DNA of 57,157 nucleotides from Octopus bimaculoides (taxonomy: Eukaryota). The translations under genes were made by a program, and so were the position numbers. Below the pieces are notes generated by a model, which had not been told where the DNA came from, searched no databases, and saw only the letters and a list, made by a program, of their open reading frames with translations. Positions 53,143 to 57,157 of this stretch are shown here, piece by piece (positions within the stretch are counted from its first letter, which is position 1; every line of letters begins with the position of its first letter). The stretch lies in the NCBI RefSeq assembly GCF_001194135.2, contig NC_068998.1:315471-372627 (forward strand), in the 5' to 3' direction.

Positions 53143-55048
53143 NNNNNNNNNNNNNNNNNNNNNNNNNNNNNNNNNNNNNNNNNNNNNNNNNNNNNNNNNN
53201 NNNNNNNNNNNNNNNNNNNNNNNNNNNNNNNNNNNNNNNNNNNNNNNNNNNNNNNNNNNNNNNNNNNNNNNNNNNNNNNNNNNNNNNNNNNNNNNNNNNN
53301 NNNNNNNNNNNNNNNNNNNNNNNNNNNNNNNNNNNNNNNNNNNNNNNNNNNNNNNNNNNNNNNNNNNNNNNNNNNNNNNNNNNNNNNNNNNNNNNNNNNN
53401 NNNNNNNNNNNNNNNNNNNNNNNNNNNNNNNNNNNNNNNNNNNNNNNNNNNNNNNNNNNNNNNNNNNNNNNNNNNNNNNNNNNNNNNNNNNNNNNNNNNN
53501 NNNNNNNNNNNNNNNNNNNNNNNNNNNNNNNNNNNNNNNNNNNNNNNNNNNNNNNNNNNNNNNNNNNNNNNNNNNNNNNNNNNNNNNNNNNNNNNNNNNN
53601 NNNNNNNNNNNNNNNNNNNNNNNNNNNNNNNNNNNNNNNNNNNNNNNNNNNNNNNNNNNNNNNNNNNNNNNNNNCCACCTCCTTCAGTTGCAACTTTCCA
53701 GTGTCATCTCGTATTTACAATCTGCCCGGTTCCACTTTGAAGTTGTCTTTGAAATTAGGTTCCTATTGTTGCCATTGTGTTTCTCTCCCTTCTTGATTCA
53801 TTCTTCCTTTTTGGTTTAGGTTTTTTTATATTCCATCATATTTTAATGTTGATTGATCAGAACTGGAGAAATACAGTTTTTATATCTCATTTGGTGGTGT
53901 AAAGTCTGGACATAGATCCAGCACCTCACAAACACACACACACATGGCTATACACACACACACACTCACGTTCACAGGCCTGTAATAATAATCATGCTGT
54001 TACACATACACACATGCAGATGGATATAAGTATGGCCTCACTCTTATACACCCATGTTTAAGCATAAGTACAGAGACACACACAAAAATCTTTGGTCTGC
54101 AAATATCTTCCTACAGCAATATATCATGAGGATTACGGTGTATGGAGGGGGGCTACAGTAGTGTTAGGGATGGGATTAAGGCGTGTGTGTGTGTGTGTGT
54201 GTACAATAGGGGCTAGCTGACAATATATGGAAGTGAGTAAAAATCTATCAGTTTTATTGAACACTAACCAACATTATTACAAAACTGTTCAATACGTAAA
54301 AACATTGAATATTTATGACTGACAAATAAAGTTGAAACCAGTTGTGAAGCAGTTGATGTGCCACAACTCGTCCCCCCAAATATTTCATTGTGCCATGGCT
54401 TGTCCCCCAAAAATATATCATCTCAACTTCCATTATTTGTCGCACAAGACCTGTTGAAACATTTATCTGACCATTGTTACATTTGACAATATTTGTATCT
54501 AAGAACAGATTTTGTTACTTGCTATGATTGGGAGGGGGGGGGGAGATGTAGTGGATAAGGCTTTATTGTGTCTAAAGAGTCACAGATGTGAAAGTCTGTC
54601 TTTACTATTATTTCTCTCTGATTAAATACAATTAACATAGTGATGATTAATTATTTAAGAGAGGAAGTATATTTGACTGAAAGAAGCCATTTAAGCAGTT
54701 CTGTCTTCTTCTCTGCTCTCTAATTCTGTAACTATGATGCTCTTTCCAAACCCCCAGCTTCGTCAAAACCTCAATTCAACCCTTTTTTACCTTCTTTCCT
54801 CACCTCCACTCTGTTTCACTCCTAGAACCATACTAAATAGTTTTTTCCACGCCTTTAACACCACTGCATCTTCCTCTTCAACTCCTCCTCTACTCATCTT
54901 TACTGCCATTGAAATGTTGCTCTTTTATTGTTATCCCTCTGTAGGCATTATCTAAAGATGTGTGTTGTGCTGATCCTCTTCAGACTCATTTCCATATCAA
55001 ACATGTGCAGTTTCTCCCCGTTTTCTGACCGTTCTTCCTCTGTTGTAG

Positions 55049-55189
<141 letters not shown>

Positions 55190-57157
55190 TAACCAGTGTG
55201 TTTGTGTGGTGTATTAGATGAAGACATTAAACAAATGGAACTTTCTTATTTTCCTCTCAGGAGTACACTTGATGTTACTCTCTGGATGTGTGATGTTGTC
55301 ATGTAAGGAGAGGAGTTTTCTGTTTTAATTCAACTCTGTCATGTGACAAACTCTGAGGAGTGTTTTTTCTGGGAGTTTCACAGCTTGAAATGTTTGTTTA
55401 CTCTTTTAACTTAATATTGAACACTCTCTTCTCTGCTTCTACTAACCCCACCACCACCATTATAATGTTACTCATTCTCACCATAACATCGAGGGGGGTT
55501 GAGCAACCACTGACACAAGTTTTGTCTCCTGAATGCTGTGTCTGATCTGTTTGAGTTTGAACCTTTCTGTTGGGACAACTTGTGATTGAAGGGAGAAATA
55601 ATTAATGAAATTATCTAGTAATTAACCCCACTGTTTTAATTAATATTTTGTTTGATATGTGATGCTCAGGACAAAGTTATACTGCTACTAACATTACACC
55701 ATGTCTGTTGTACCACAATTCTCCACTAAAATACTTTATAGAATTAGTTTGACTGGTTTTCTCGGTGAATATTCTTCAGTTCCTCAATCCTTCTGCTGTT
55801 CCAGCTATTTTATCATTGCACTCGTTATAAAGAAATAATCTTGGTTTTCTTTTCTTCATATCTGCAACAACATTTCAACATCTTCAAACACATCTTTGGG
55901 TTACCATCTCTGTCAAACTATAGGATTTTTTTTCTCTATTTTTTCTTTTTTGCTTATTTTCTGTTGATACCCCCCACCCCCTGGTTAATTGTTTGTTCTT
56001 GAAGTGATTTTCACTATGAAAGACAACTGATTCTTTGATATAGGTTGAGGTCTTTCTTAAGAGATGATATGTTGTATTGTAGAATTTTATAATTTGAATA
56101 AAACAGTTGAACAGGATTAAAATTGAACACCTTTCCATAATGAAATAACCTTATTCTTAACCTTTCTAAATTAATTAAATTATTTAGGTTACTGCTACAA
56201 TTTCATTCGACACACATTAATTAGTTTAGGATCCATTTTTTGTGTGTCTTTTTGTTAATGTCTATTTTTGTTTCTTTTTACTTAGGAATTCAATTTATTG
56301 CGATAGAGGAACCAGATCGTTAATATTCAATATACCTAATTAACTATTGATTGGAATATATGTCATTGATCTTGTATTTTTATAGAAAATGTCTTTGTTC
56401 GTTAACTCTAATTTTCTCTCTAGAAACTATTATCGAATTAGTTTAAATACAAATTTATATTCATCAAATAATTGCTGTTTATCTATGTTTTCACCATTTT
56501 ACAATAAAGTATTCTTGTAAAAATCCAAACACCAACTAACCGCCCACCCCCGTCCCCCAATTGATCCTGATGAAGGCTACAAATCATGTTCTTATCTCAT
56601 GATCCAATATTTCCCAGAAACTATCTTCTGATTGTTTCAATTAGTTCACCATATTAATGTTATATAATGCTGTAATTGTTCTCTCTTCTAGTCAGGCTTT
56701 ATATCAACAAACTTGCCTTTTCTTCTTAATAGACTTTTCGACTTCCATATATTTTACTCTTCCAGCTGGTCACGTATTGTCTTAAATCATTCACATGCCT
56801 TCATTTCATCTACTTAATAACGAACCAGCTTTCTTTTTGTAGCTATCCCTTAATTGTCTTCTCTTCATTTTCATAAATGTTATTCCACTGAACAGGAAAA
56901 GATGCAAGAAGCAATTTCACAGACTCCATGGCAATTATTAACTCTGCAAGTGTAATAATATTCTGAGTTTGTTCGTCTTTTGGGTGTTCACCGAATAGTT
57001 GTTTGGAGTCTGAATGTTTGTATGTGTGAGAGAGGCTTGACCTGTACTGGCCTGGGAGATGGACGTTAGCAGATGATGATGATGATGATGGTATGGCAAT
57101 TATAAATTTAGTTAAAAATTTTGTAAATTTCAAGTCTCGTCTCTCTCTCTCTTCTTC

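Noticed and set aside
56843-57133. Minus-strand ORF with QNIITLAELIIA, faintly like a hAT dimerisation region; also checked for the next CASK exon
   Set aside because: It lacks the SxxxERxFS motif, and no ERDRY..HLPETV-like exon was found on the + strand before the window ends.

Overview
AT-rich eukaryotic genomic DNA, dense in microsatellites and broken by about ten assembly gaps. The repeat content (tRNA-head SINEs, RTE and R4/Dong LINE remnants, a mariner remnant, MITEs) suggests an Octopus genome; this is inferred from repeat style, not proven. The only host gene I can support is CASK/LIN-2 on the + strand. Six GT-AG coding exons (38107-38219, 42746-42851, 44113-44190, 44790-44965, 50167-50342, 55049-55171; 772 nt) splice in frame into the N-terminal CaMK-like domain, gap-free against human CASK as I recall it. 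The atypical Mg2+-independent motifs ([14 protein letters not shown]) are retained. I did not find coding exon 1 or the exon after 55171, so the first 38 kb is probably intron 1. Almost all ORFs in the supplied track are microsatellite or gap artefacts or transposon debris. The most interesting signals are intronic RNA-structure and regulatory candidates: a (CA)n/(TG)n pair bracketing the short intron 4, a foldback element with long inverted arms, near-identical inverted RTE copies, a 7-unit G5 array, a 6x CCAAT array and an X-box-like tandem repeat. There is also a GTP-to-GTS change in the kinase P+1 loop. None of these is demonstrated to be functional.
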